A stretch of 64,000 bases of DNA from a virus, in IMG/VR virus record IMGVR_UViG_3300029305_006219; one strand, written 5' to 3'. A model generated the notes under the pieces. The model was not told the DNA's origin. It saw only the letters and a list, made by a program, of their open reading frames with translations, and ran no database searches. The position numbers were made by a program, and so were the translations under genes. Below are positions 50,456 to 61,512 of the stretch, piece by piece. Position 1 is the first letter of the stretch. Each line of letters opens with the position of its first letter.

Positions 50456-51556
50456 TTAATTGTAACCATTATTTCTTGTATGCTCGATATCTATTGTAAA
50501 TGCTTCTTTATAAATATCTTCCATTTTATTTGGTTTAATATTATATTGTTCTCTTAGCTCTTCTAAATGCTTATTGTAAATAGATATTATATCTTCTTGT
50601 TCAGCAATTTTTTCACGAAGAGCTTTAGCTTCTGTTGCATGAGTATAAAATTCTTCCTCAGAAAGATCTCCTTGGATATATTTTATTGTCTTATAGTCTT
50701 TTTTGGCTAAACTTTTTTTATAATTATCTATTTTTTGCTTTGCAATATTAATTTGTCCAAAAGTAGGTGCGGCAGCGGTTAAATAATCTTTTTCATCAAT
50801 TTCAAGACGACGACCTTTATCATAAATTTCTCCCGTAGCTTTAAAAAATTCTAATTCTTCAGGAGTTAGTTCAGAAAATGCTTTTGTCCAACGATAATAA
50901 GCATTTATTTTATCGTTGGGAAAATGTCCTACTAAAACACCGTTAGCAAAATATAAATTATTTTCAACTATAAGAATATAGCTCTTACGATTGATTGAGT
51001 CTGCTATAGTTGCTTTTTTTACTAAAGTTATTTCAGCTCCGTCAAGACCACAGCCTTTATCTCCTACTTTCCATATTTTACTTCCTACTACTTCATTTTT
51101 CTTTGCAGAAAAAATTGTATGGCTTTGACGAATCTGTAACAAAGAACCGTTATCAAAAACGAAAGTTTCCCATCCTCTTGTTTGAGCAGTAACAAAAGCT
51201 CCATAGCATTTTGCATTGATATAGGTTTTGGTAAGTGGGTCCCAACTTTTAACATAGTCTCCATAACGAACATCGCAAATTTTTTTAGAGCTTCCATCCA
51301 TCATAAGGATATCGGTATCTTCTTTGAGACAAGTCATTCCTTCAACATAATCTATATTATCAATAATATTGTTTAAAATTGTTTCCAAGTTTTTGGAAGA
51401 TGTCGTAGATCCCCACGAATCTTTACAAGAAATAGAATTTGGAAGTGTTATATTAGTACTAAATTCCGCTGTGTTGTTAGCAATAGTCAAAACTACATTG
51501 CCTGAATTGTCAAGAAGTTTCCAACCATTGTTTGTGCTTTTCATTAATGTTGCCAT
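50456..51556 (-). CDS. Hint (Hedgehog/intein-like) domain protein, possibly structural
   Basis: CLKEDTDILMMDGSSKKICDVRYGDYV ... LIVENNLYFANGVLVGHF has an intein N-terminal and C-terminal splicing-block pattern. ATG at 51554-56 with an AAGGAG RBS is preferred over the upstream M. Confidence 0.45.
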   Translation of the reverse strand: MATLMKSTNNGWKLLDNSGNVVLTIANNTAEFSTNITLPNSISCKDSWGSTTSSKNLETILNNIIDNIDYVEGMTCLKEDTDILMMDGSSKKICDVRYGDYVKSWDPLTKTYINAKCYGAFVTAQTRGWETFVFDNGSLLQIRQSHTIFSAKKNEVVGSKIWKVGDKGCGLDGAEITLVKKATIADSINRKSYILIVENNLYFANGVLVGHFPNDKINAYYRWTKAFSELTPEELEFFKATGEIYDKGRRLEIDEKDYLTAAAPTFGQINIAKQKIDNYKKSLAKKDYKTIKYIQGDLSEEEFYTHATEAKALREKIAEQEDIISIYNKHLEELREQYNIKPNKMEDIYKEAFTIDIEHTRNNGYN

Positions 51557-51639
51557 TTTGTTAATCTCCTTTATAATATTTATTTTATTTATTATTTCAA
51601 AGAGGGTATAATTTGTACCCCATTGATACTGTGTTATTA

Positions 51640-54477
51640 TCACGAGTTATAATCGTTGTTTGCTATTATCATATCAGTTAGTTTTACAAAACCCTGAGAC
51701 ATTGAGTTGATGTCGACGTAAAACTGATTATCATAATAATTTGTATCGATAACCTGATTATATTCATCAACATAAAATCCGCTTGTGTTATATGGAGTGT
51801 TAATCCACTCTTGCCAAGTCATACCTTCTAAGGCGGTGTATGATGCTCCGTTAACGGTAAAGGTAATTATAGGCAATGTTCTTGTAAGAGTATATGTGTG
51901 ATTTGCTACGATTGTATCACTTGTTTTAACATATTTATATATGATGTTACCATCCTCATCTTCGTCTTCTCTCAAACATATAAGATTTCCCGTCATGTCC
52001 TCACAAACATATCCAGGTATCAATGGATCACTCCAATAATTTTCAGAAGGAACATAGTAACTGCCGTCGCTGGCGTTCATAAAATCAGCCCAAGTCATAC
52101 CCTCGGTGACTGTATATGATTCATCTCCTGCATCGTTACCGTCAATATAGAATGTTATTGTGCTAGGTGTTGGCTCTTCTTCGTTTTCAAAATTAAAGTA
52201 AATATCTATTTGAGTATCTGTTGAAGTCGTATAATCAATTGTAAGGTTATTGTTTTCAATATCGATAGAGTTAATATTTGAAGTTAAATTATCAATACCA
52301 TTTAAGGTTATTAATTCATTGTTCTACGAACCCATATTTATTGTTTTAGTATTTTCAGTTGCAAGAAGCTCTATTGATATTGGGCTTGTTATTTCTACTT
52401 CAATCCCTACAGCATCGATATAATAGTTACATCTTCCTATAATAATATCCAAATCACGACAATGTCTACCGCTACCATCATTAAGCCATACTGCGCCGAT
52501 ATATCCATCTCCATCTTCATCGATAATAGATTCTGCTACACAGTTTTCTTCTCCGTTAACAGTAAGAGAGTTCCAAATAACAAAATCCTTTGTATTATAC
52601 GCGCTATCGCACCATTCATACCACGTCATACCAGGCTCAGCCATGTATGTTATTCCTTCAATAGTGAAAGTGATTTCAAGTGTAATATATGAATCATCTA
52701 TATAATATACACCATTTTCTGTAATTGTATCATTATAAGATACCATCATCTTGATATCATCGCTATTGTAGTATACTGCGCCGATATATCCATCTCCATC
52801 TTCATCAGTTGCAGATGTTGCTATTAAGTCTTGATTATATGAGCTATTATAAGGAACAAAACCTGCTTTATTATATGAGCTATTACACCAATCGCTCCAA
52901 ATCATATTCCTATTAGATGTGTATTCTGTTCCATTAATAGTAAATGTTATTGTACTTGTTTCGTTTTCAAAACTAAAGTAAGCATCTATTTGAGTGTCGG
53001 TTGAAGTTGCATAATTAATTGTAAGTTCATTATTTTCATTAATATTAATAGAGTTGATATTTGAAGTTAAATTGTCAATACCATTTAATGTTAATCTATT
53101 CTATGAATCTATATTTACTGTTTTAGTATTTTCAGCGGCAAGAAGCTCTATTCTCATTGGACTTGTTGTTCCTGCTGGTATGTCTCCAATTGTGTATGTA
53201 TAATTTGCCATAATAAGACTACTTGGGAAAACTGGCTTACTACCATCATTGCAATATACCGCTACTTGTGATCCCTCTTCTACCACAAAACCATCTTGAA
53301 TAATATAGTATGTACCATATTCACTATTCACCCAGTCTTGCCAAGTCATACCTTCTTCAAATCTATAGAACTCGTCTCCCGTTAGATTATCTTCGATATA
53401 AAATATTGAGGTTGAAATAGGTAATGAATCTGAAACTATATATGAATGATTTATTCTAATAACATCACTGGGTTTAACAGCAGTGTACTCATTTAAAAGC
53501 ACATATCGACCTGTAGAATTTTCTATTATATAATCATTTTGAACTACATATTCTGCATCATCATTACTTGAAATACTATCAATCCATTCTTGCCAAGTCA
53601 TACCACTCTCGGCGAAATATGATTCTTTTTGCATATCATTTCCTTCAATATAAAATGTTATCATACCTACAATATAATCTCTATAAACACTCCAATTTGT
53701 TGCTGCTTTCCAATCATCAACAAGTTCATAGGGAACTCTAATTTTACAATTTGAAGGAATGTTTAAAAAAGCACTTGTATTAGCAAGAGTTGGTATACTT
53801 GTATGAAAAGAAAAATCGTAATATTGCATTGAAGTACAGTTGGCAAATGCGCTTGATCTAATAGTTGTAACGCCATTAGGAAAATTCATTTGTGTAAGAG
53901 CCTTACACCCATAAAAAGCTTGCTCTCCAATTGCTGTAATATTACTAGGTAGAGTTATGCCTGAAAGAACTTTACAACCGCTAAACATGCGATATCCAAT
54001 CCAGGAAATATTACTGGGTAAAGATATATCTATAAGAGATGTACAATTATAAAATGCTTCATCTCCTATTTTTGTAATACTATCGGGTAGACTTAAACTC
54101 TTAAGCTTAGCACAATTAGTAAAAACACCTACTCCAAGTTGTGTAATAGTGTTAGGAATAATTATATTTGCATTTGACTCAAGTCCATGACAATTTGAAA
54201 AAGCATAATCACCAATATAAGTAATATTATTTGGTATATTTATTTTTGTAAGATATGTGCAGCCCTCAAAAGCAGCTCGTCCTATTTTTGTTATATTAGC
54301 TAAATCCTGTGTAGTTATTTCAGTAATTGTTCTATCAATTATTTTAGCTAGTTTACTTTGTTCTTCTGTATCTGCATTTAAAGCCGTTACAATAATATCA
54401 CGATCGCAATATTTACCTGCTGTTTTTAAACGAATGGAAGATCCGCTTGTTACATTTATATTATGTTCAGCCATCAT
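51640..54477 (-). CDS. BspA-type leucine-rich-repeat tail fiber/receptor-binding protein with C-terminal tandem repeats, 2 in-frame TAG
   Basis: ORFs 53101..54477, 52324..52905 and 51640..52098 are one frame joined by TAG 53101-03 and TAG 52324-26. LRR_5 repeats (NITYIGDYAFSNC...). Repeated (R/S)IELLA(A/T)ENTKT(V/I)N(I/M)(D/G)S and GMTWQEW blocks. Confidence 0.6.
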
Positions 54478-54794
54478 TCTACCTCCCCATTATAAACAGG
54501 TAGGGCATTTATTACTGCTGAAACTATTTCATTTTTATCTTCATCTGTCCAATAATCCGTTCCTTTTACAGGAGTATAACCATCGTCACCTTTCTCTCCA
54601 GTTAATTCTAGAAAAGGAAGATTTCCTACCTTAGTCGTTCCATCTCCTATTTTTAATCGAGGCTTAGATTCTCCTCCTTTACCGTCAGAATAAATAATTA
54701 ACTCTCCTTTTAAAGGTATAAAAGTCGTAGCTAATTCCCATTCTGCGGCCGTACCTATTTTATGCTAGATACGAGCATTAATTTGTTTTGCCAT
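54474..54794 (-). CDS. Tail fiber N-terminal anchor-domain protein, 1 in-frame TAG
   Basis: MAKQINARI[TAG]HKIGTAAEWELATTFIPLKGELIIYSDG...RLKIGDGTTKVGNLPFL, plus a collagen-like GEKGDDG. TGA overlaps the ATG of the LRR gene. RBS AAAGGAG. TAG at 54765-67. Confidence 0.55.
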
Positions 54795-54956
54795 AGCATT
54801 TTCTCCTTTAATTTATCTTTTCAAAATTTGGAGAATAAGTTTACCATCATTCCAGATAAACTTCTTTCTTCATTTTATATATAAAAATTAAAGAAGATAA
54901 AGTAATTTACTTTGACCTGTTTTTATAATTATAATAAAATTTTATATAAAAGTCAA

Positions 54957-54990
54957 ATAAAGCCATCGGCGCGAACCGATGGCTTTAGAT
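54957..54990 (-). terminator. Rho-independent terminator
   Basis: Hairpin AAAGCCATCGG CGCGAA CCGATGGCTTT followed by a T-run on the minus strand. Confidence 0.55.
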
Positions 54991-54999
54991 TACTTTAAG

Positions 55000-57480
55000 T
55001 TATTCTTTTGAAGCCTCTACAATATTTTTCATTGTTTTCTCAAGGCTGGTTCCACGAAGCAGAGTGTTCCATGTCTCAGCGAGAGATTCACCCTTAGCCA
55101 TAGCGGCAGGCGCGAGGTTTTTGCCAAGTCCATTCATAATCTCTGCATTTGCCTGAGACTCAAGTGCTGCTACAAGATCAGGGCTAATTGCCGCAAATAT
55201 CTTAGCAACGTTGTCTGCATATGCCTTCTGTTTTGCTTCTTCTATTGCAGCAAGCTGCTTCTCAGTTGCGATCTTGGCATCATCTGCCGCCTTATCACGA
55301 GCAAGCTGTGCTTTCTGAATTGCATCGAAGATAGGCTGCATATCAGACTTGGCAGTAGCTTCAGCTGTTGCCTCAGCACGCTTCATAGCGGCGATCTCCG
55401 CCTGATTCTTTAGCTTTTCTTCTTCAGCCTTCTGGTTAAGCTCAAGCGCATACATCTTATTCTGGTGATTAAGTTCTGCCTCTTCACGATCGAATTTAGC
55501 AATCTGCTTAACCATTTCAGATTTACGAGTAGCATCAGAGAGTTCAAGAGTTTTCTGAATCATTTCCTTCTGGTGTGCTTCCATCATCTTAGCGACTTGC
55601 GCCTCAACCTGAACATTGAGAACTTCAACATCAGTTACAAGCATACCATTTTCTTTAAAGAGTCTTCCGTTATGAGGCGCCTGATCAGTTTCTGCTTTAG
55701 CTACATTGCCAAGCGCAGTGTTTCTGATGATGTCTGCCGCTTTTGCGTAGAACTCTTCAATATTATACTTCTTAGCTTCGCGCTTAAGGAGACTGCGCAT
55801 TCTGTCACACATATGTTTTACATAGTTATCTACAGAGAACCACTTATCCTTATATTCGGGAAGGAAGTTTACATTATAGGAGAGAAGGAACTTAACATCA
55901 ACAAAGTCCTTTGTCTGAACACTGATGATATCAGATACCTTATTATTGTCAATACGGAGATATGCAGTCTGAATCAGATTGTCTGTTGTCTTAGGCTTAC
56001 CTGTTGAAAGATTTACAATTTCAAGAGTCTCATCATACTCAAGGAGTCGAGTAGCAGGACCAATGATTGTCTCTCTCTTACCAGACTTGGATACAACATT
56101 TACTGCATAGCCAGTCCATACATTGATAGCAACAACTCCATCATACTTTGTATCAAGCACAATAGTACGAGGCTTTGTATAAGATACACCGCGCGAAATA
56201 TTAGCGGTTGCCGCAAAAATCGCAAGAGCATCATTTTGATTTGCAGTGCTATATGCATTATTAATTATGTCTGTCTTGTTAGACTTACCATTGCGCGCAT
56301 CGCGCTCAGCCTTTGCTTCAGAAAGACCGAGGTTATATTCAAGCGCCTCACGGTTGCCAGGATAGAAAGTTTCGCACTCCTTAACAGAAAGTACTCTCTT
56401 AACAACTACCTCAAAACGAGGATCAGGAAGATACATAGCGGGACCCTTGACCATCTTAACAGTTCCCTTAATTCTATCAAGGATATAGCGTCCTTCGCCC
56501 TCAGGAATTGCTATTGCATGATGCATATACTTACCGTCATACTGAATAAGTGCGTGCTCAGGGCGAGGATAGTAAATCATCTGATTATTACCTGTAATAA
56601 AGAGTTCTTCGCCAACAGGATGCTTAACTCCATTCTCTGTATATTCTGCGATAACCTTTACATAAATACCGCTAATAGGCGAAAGTTCAAGTGCGCGGAA
56701 TATTACGCCCTTCTGAGGGGTCTGTACGAAGGTCTGTGTAGGTGTAGGGAATACAACCTTGGGTCCATGAGCATAGACCTTTTCACCGTTTTCATCTTTA
56801 AGGATACAATACTCAAGGCGCTCAAGGGTGACTGCATCGCGCACATACTCAGAAGAGTTATCTTCACAAGCGAGAACTTCAATACCCGTAGGAGGAATAT
56901 AGAAAGATACTTCAGTACCCTTGATTACAAGTTGCTGACCTGTAAAGTAGGTCTCTTTCTTAACGATCTCTTTACCTTCTGCATCGAGAATAGTTGCGGA
57001 AGCAGCGTTCTTGGCGGCTGCCACTGCGTCATAAACGCGAGCAATGAGGTACTGGTTAGAACGAAGCTTATGTCCTCGAATAACTTTTGCCATCTGACCA
57101 GGGAATAGCGCAAAGGAAGCAGGTCCAGAAATATTAACCTTAATACCAATTTTCATATTATCGGGAGTAACATTCGACTTACCTGCAAGAGGGTATACAC
57201 CATCTGCCGTAGGGTTCTTGAGAATCACATACCAACCCTCGGGCGCCGATACAAATAGCTGTTTTGCTCGCTCGAAGTCTTTTACTTCATCGAATTTCTT
57301 TGTCTTATTGTTGAAAATAACACAAGTCTGCTGCTGAGAAATAGTTACCATAGCAGGTCCTGCATAGGTTCTAATCTCACCGTTAGTGCAGTCCTGAATC
57401 TGGACGTATTCATTGACTGCAAGTACAAGGTCGCGTGTGCGACCTCTATTGTCATTTGCATTGTAATTAAAATCATTCAT
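55000..57480 (-). CDS. Large flotillin/MVP-like SPFH-domain coiled-coil protein (function unknown, possibly structural)
   Basis: 826 aa. C-terminal Ala/Glu/Lys-rich coiled coil typical of the flotillin/YqiK C-terminus. No TAG. Confidence 0.35.
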   Translation of the reverse strand: MNDFNYNANDNRGRTRDLVLAVNEYVQIQDCTNGEIRTYAGPAMVTISQQQTCVIFNNKTKKFDEVKDFERAKQLFVSAPEGWYVILKNPTADGVYPLAGKSNVTPDNMKIGIKVNISGPASFALFPGQMAKVIRGHKLRSNQYLIARVYDAVAAAKNAASATILDAEGKEIVKKETYFTGQQLVIKGTEVSFYIPPTGIEVLACEDNSSEYVRDAVTLERLEYCILKDENGEKVYAHGPKVVFPTPTQTFVQTPQKGVIFRALELSPISGIYVKVIAEYTENGVKHPVGEELFITGNNQMIYYPRPEHALIQYDGKYMHHAIAIPEGEGRYILDRIKGTVKMVKGPAMYLPDPRFEVVVKRVLSVKECETFYPGNREALEYNLGLSEAKAERDARNGKSNKTDIINNAYSTANQNDALAIFAATANISRGVSYTKPRTIVLDTKYDGVVAINVWTGYAVNVVSKSGKRETIIGPATRLLEYDETLEIVNLSTGKPKTTDNLIQTAYLRIDNNKVSDIISVQTKDFVDVKFLLSYNVNFLPEYKDKWFSVDNYVKHMCDRMRSLLKREAKKYNIEEFYAKAADIIRNTALGNVAKAETDQAPHNGRLFKENGMLVTDVEVLNVQVEAQVAKMMEAHQKEMIQKTLELSDATRKSEMVKQIAKFDREEAELNHQNKMYALELNQKAEEEKLKNQAEIAAMKRAEATAEATAKSDMQPIFDAIQKAQLARDKAADDAKIATEKQLAAIEEAKQKAYADNVAKIFAAISPDLVAALESQANAEIMNGLGKNLAPAAMAKGESLAETWNTLLRGTSLEKTMKNIVEASKE

Positions 57481-57561
57481 TCTTTTTTATTTCCTTTCTT
57501 TCTTATCATTTATTACATATATATTATATCATTTTTTTTATTAAAAATCAATTAAAATTCC

Positions 57562-57921
57562 TTAATTTGATTTATTTCTTTCAATATAATTATATTGATT
57601 CTCAGTCACGGTAATAGTTTTTGTTACCTGTGTCCAATTGACTTCTTGTGGCTGGCGCCAATATTCAGTATCTTGAAGTTCAGTCAAAGCCTCATCTGCA
57701 TTAAGCTCAAAGAAACGCTCATTAATATTTACCCAACGAGTGTGATTACGGTTCCAACGACGCGGTTCATCATATTCTTCTTCAATAATGCAACAAGTGT
57801 CGTTTTCATCCTCGTCAAAATCAAGATAAAAGATATCTTTAAGCTCGTGTTCATTGAAATTCTCTCCTGCGTCATAGCGCGCCAAAAATTCTTTAACTTT
57901 CATCATTGATAACCTCCACAT
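57562..57921 (-). CDS. Hypothetical acidic protein
   Basis: 119-aa ORF. Confidence 0.3.
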   Translation of the reverse strand: MWRLSMMKVKEFLARYDAGENFNEHELKDIFYLDFDEDENDTCCIIEEEYDEPRRWNRNHTRWVNINERFFELNADEALTELQDTEYWRQPQEVNWTQVTKTITVTENQYNYIERNKSN

Positions 57922-58447
57922 TGCAACTTTTCATTACTTCAAGCGCTGCTTTATGTTTCTCTGGTGTAAGTCCGGCGCAACAGCTTGCATCTACGCGGAT
58001 TTGGGTATTTGGATACATGCTACGTAATATCAATGCGTTAGAGATTACGCATATATCCGTACAAACGCCACAAAGTTCAATTACATCTGCGCAACAAAAT
58101 CGATCCGCCCAATTATCCCACATTGTATATCCATAAGTGGATTTATGTGCAGTATAAAATACGAAAGAATAAAGCTCAGGAATAATATCTTCACCTTCAG
58201 TCCCTTCCATACAATGGGGCGGCACATATTTACTTTCAAGACAAACGGCGTACACTTCTTCGTCATAGTGTTTATCAATAGTAAAAATAACTATATCTCC
58301 ATTCTGGCGCGCTTCAATTACTTTATCGCGCACATTATAGATAATATCGCGCGCTTCAGGTGTTCCAAGGGCGCCATACACAAAATCATTCTGCATATCG
58401 ATTATAATTAAAACTTTATTCATTATTTGTATCCTCCCACTTAACAA
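57893..58447 (-). CDS. Isochorismatase-family cysteine hydrolase (nicotinamidase PncA-like)
   Basis: LIIIDMQNDF, IDKHY, and CGVCTDICV (catalytic Cys). Confidence 0.6.
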   Translation of the reverse strand: MLSGRIQIMNKVLIIIDMQNDFVYGALGTPEARDIIYNVRDKVIEARQNGDIVIFTIDKHYDEEVYAVCLESKYVPPHCMEGTEGEDIIPELYSFVFYTAHKSTYGYTMWDNWADRFCCADVIELCGVCTDICVISNALILRSMYPNTQIRVDASCCAGLTPEKHKAALEVMKSCNVEVINDES

Positions 58448-58703
58448 TTATCATTTTACTGCCGAGCGTAAGAGTTTTATATCCCAACTTCTCTAAATAA
58501 GAGCCAACCGCTTCTGCCTCAGAGGGACCATCTACATTTATACGAGTTTGAAAATATCCTTCAGTTGCAGCTGCCCAGATATGTTTCATAAGATTTTTCT
58601 TATATTTTTTACCTAGAGTCATTGGTTTCTTGGTAAAAAGATTTGCTTCTTTTGCAGTGATATCTTTCATTACTCCATCTCCTCCACTATAAGTCATTTC
58701 CAT
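58416..58703 (-). CDS. Hypothetical protein
   Basis: 95-aa ORF. Confidence 0.3.
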   Translation of the reverse strand: MEMTYSGGDGVMKDITAKEANLFTKKPMTLGKKYKKNLMKHIWAAATEGYFQTRINVDGPSEAEAVGSYLEKLGYKTLTLGSKMIIVKWEDTNNE

Positions 58704-58795
58704 TTTTCTTTTCCTCTCTTTTTTCCCTTTTTTATTTTATAATTTATTATATCATAAATTTTTAAAAAAATAAAAGCAGATTATATGATCTGCTT

Positions 58796-59221
58796 TTATT
58801 CTACTTCGTGTTTATAATTAAGTGTTTTGAATTGGCGGCGATCGATGCATTTAAGCTTCTCGCTTTCATTGATATTTTCTAGCAACAACTCACAATTAGC
58901 GCCAGTTGCACTAAGATTACGTATAGACTCCATCATTTCTGATAAAGAAACACCGTATGATTTTGCTGCTGTTGCTATTTTCTGCAGAGCATTGCTCATA
59001 CTACTCTGTGCTGTTTGTAATTGTTCTTCTTTAGTACCCATTCTCACTTCTAACTCCTTCCATTGATGTACACCATCTCCTATTTTTACTGTGACGATTC
59101 CTTGATCAGAATCAATTGCGCAACCCACTTCGCCTTTCATTAATATTGGATTATTTTCATTCCAAGCCTATGGAGTATCATTTTTCATAATAAGGCGCGT
59201 ACTTAGATTATAAGTTGCCAT
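58796..59221 (-). CDS. Tail-fiber N-terminal-domain-like protein, 1 in-frame TAG
   Basis: MATYNLSTRLIMKNDTP[TAG]AWNENNPILMKGEVGCAIDSDQGIVTVKIGDGVHQWKEL continues into ORF 58796..59140. TAG at 59168-70. RBS AAAGGAG. Confidence 0.5.
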
Positions 59222-59588
59222 TTTCTATCTCCTTTGCTATCTCAATATAAGTTCCTTTTACACCTTGACTTTTGACCTGCGCAATACCAAATTTTTCCAT
59301 TTTTTGCAATAGTGAAGTCCATACAGGGCGCGAAAGGCTTGTTTTTTGAATCATCTTTACAATTGAGATATTACCAGATAAACCAATTGTTTCTCTAATT
59401 GATTGAAAAGCCAATTTTTCATTATCTGTTAATGATTTGTAAAAATCTTCTACTAAAATTAGCTGATCAGCGCCAATGACCGCTTCTAAGAAATCCATTA
59501 GGCGCCCAAGATCTCCATCAAGTCTAAATTCACGAATATCTGCTTCATATTCTTTAGCTATTGCTAATAATTTATCATAAGTAATCAT
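59208..59588 (-). CDS. Hypothetical protein
   Basis: 126-aa ORF. Confidence 0.3.
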   Translation of the reverse strand: MITYDKLLAIAKEYEADIREFRLDGDLGRLMDFLEAVIGADQLILVEDFYKSLTDNEKLAFQSIRETIGLSGNISIVKMIQKTSLSRPVWTSLLQKMEKFGIAQVKSQGVKGTYIEIAKEIENGNL

Positions 59589-59748
59589 ATTTTTATTTTC
59601 CTCTACATATTCTTTTAATAAATTATAATATAAATTTTACAGTTTTTCAACGAAAAAATCTAAAACCACTTTTAGATTCTATAAGTCGACCCTCTGCGTT
59701 CCGAACAGATATATAAAATAAAAAGCCACCTTCATAGGTGACTCTGGT

Positions 59749-59823
59749 TGGAGGCGCGCCCGCGACTCGAACGCGGAATCAAGGCTTTGCAGGCCTGCGC
59801 CTTAACCATTTGGCTAGCGCGCC
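59749..59823 (-). tRNA. tRNA-Cys (GCA)
   Basis: Cloverleaf with anticodon loop CUGCAAA, U73 discriminator, and CCA encoded. Confidence 0.8.
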
Positions 59824-59913
59824 ATTTTATCAAAGCCCCCGCGACAACGTACATCGCGGGGGTAAGCAGAAAGGAAGGGTAGAAAAATGATAGGCTGTAG
59901 GAGCCAGCCTATA

Positions 59914-59988
59914 TGGAGCAAGTACTGGGAGTTGAACCCAGATCTTCTGCTTGGAAGGCAGAAGTAATAGCCGTTATACGACACCTGC
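59914..59988 (-). tRNA. tRNA-Gly (UCC)
   Basis: Anticodon stem UCUGC/GCAGA, loop CUUCCAA, U73, CCA encoded. Confidence 0.8.
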
Positions 59989-59989
59989 A

Positions 59990-61100
59990 GAGGGCGCTTA
60001 AGATTGTCAATTGAATTTCCTGTGGAGTAGTTAATTGTATCCACACTTTTCCCAACCCTACCAAGTACTATCTCTTGCGAGACCGTGCAAACGGCTTCTT
60101 TTGACAGAGCGCTGTGTTTGGGGCAGAGGCTCTCTTAAGCATTATTATAGATTAACTTGATATTTGCGCAGTGATCACCTGATTCCTGCTCCTATTGATC
60201 TTTTCCGAAGGTGCGACCTTCGCACAGTTCTGCATATCAAGTGAAAATGGGAAGAAACGAAGACCTTTCCCGTAGTCCTCGTTTAGCGACACTAACGGAT
60301 TTCCAAGGGCGGAATGTGTCAGTTACCCGAGCTTATGACCCAGCCACAGAGGTTTGTCAGAGTATGCTCTCCGCAACACTTTTGCATCTTCAAATGTCGA
60401 CGACTTACAGGCGTGCGCCGCCTTGTCTCAGAAAGGAGGTGAGACTATAATTGAAGAAATTAGTCGCTTTTAAGGCTCACAGCGTCGCCACGAGAAGGCT
60501 TTCTTCTTGACGCCATATGGAGCACCTGATTGGATTTGGACCAATGTGGACAGAGTCTCGCGCTTACAAGGCGCGTGCAATCGACCGCTATGCGACAGGT
60601 GCATATATTAAAGAGGTGACAGCTTTAGGTCAGCCAACCGCTCATTGTTTTCTTTTGGGCGTGGTATTTGCTTACCATCCTCAATTCGAGTAAATAACCG
60701 TTTCATCTTTCAATCTACATCTGGCTTAGACATTTTTAATTGGTCTACCAGAACCTCGCCACATCCTCGGCGCCAATCGCACCCTACTTATTTCACCGTA
60801 GCTACTCTTCGGGTGGACGAAATCCACGATTTTCTCGGCATTTGATTTCAGTTTATTTTCGTGGGCGCTCTCTCAAGCCTACTCTGGATTATCCAGCAGT
60901 ATTCGCCTCAAAATACTCAATGAAATCAAGGTTATTCACTTATAGATAAACTTTTCATCAATATTAAGGATATTATAACACTGGCATTTATCAATCCCTG
61001 TTATAAAAACCCTGACACTTTTGTGCTCGTGCTGCGAGGTCAGCTCGTGGTTAGCACTCTTATAATCCTGAATGCTCCAGAAGTCATCTACATTTGCTCA
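59990..61100. ncRNA. GC-rich non-coding block between tRNAs; candidate large structured RNA (GOLLD/ROOL-like?)
   Basis: About 1.1 kb with no ORF over 80 aa in any frame even with TAG treated as sense. GC content is clearly above the flanking genes, and there are many local hairpins. No family could be assigned from sequence alone. Confidence 0.25.
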
Positions 61101-61119
61101 AGGCTTGGAAGTAGCTCCA

Positions 61120-61195
61120 TGGTACCGACTCTGGGATTCGAACCCAGAAATTTTAGTTCCTAAGACTAACGCCTATGCCATTCGGCTAAGTCGGC
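61120..61195 (-). tRNA. Class-I tRNA with anticodon UAG (would read CUA/CUN); identity undetermined
   Basis: GCCGACU UA GCCGAAUGGCAUAGGCG UUAGU CUUAGGA ACUAA AAUUU CUGGGUUCGAAUCCCAG AGUCGGU A CCA. Short variable loop, A73, G1.U72. Confidence 0.6.
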
Positions 61196-61512
61196 ATAAA
61201 GGTTGTTGATTTTGCGGTAACAACCAACCCGCTGAAGGGAGGAAAACCATGAAAAGTCTCGTACTTGGAGGGAACTGAGAATTACGATATCTCGACATCA
61301 ACCTTAACAGGGTTGCGCTCTGCCTCTGAGCTAAGCTCCCATATTGCGCCTGTGAGGTTTACTTCAGTAGCGCCAACTGAAGGTGACTTACTTCGCTTCT
61401 TTATATACCGTTTTCCGCTATTGCTCCATACCTCGTTACCATATCGCGGTGAACCGCACCTTGATCTGAGTCGGGAGTAGTTTAGTCACTAATCCGTGTT
61501 AACGGTTATATT

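Noticed and set aside
61120-61195. Taking the UAG-anticodon tRNA as the amber suppressor
   Set aside because: The anticodon 5'-UAG-3' pairs with CUA codons, not UAG. The true suppressor needs CUA and is at 41063-41137.
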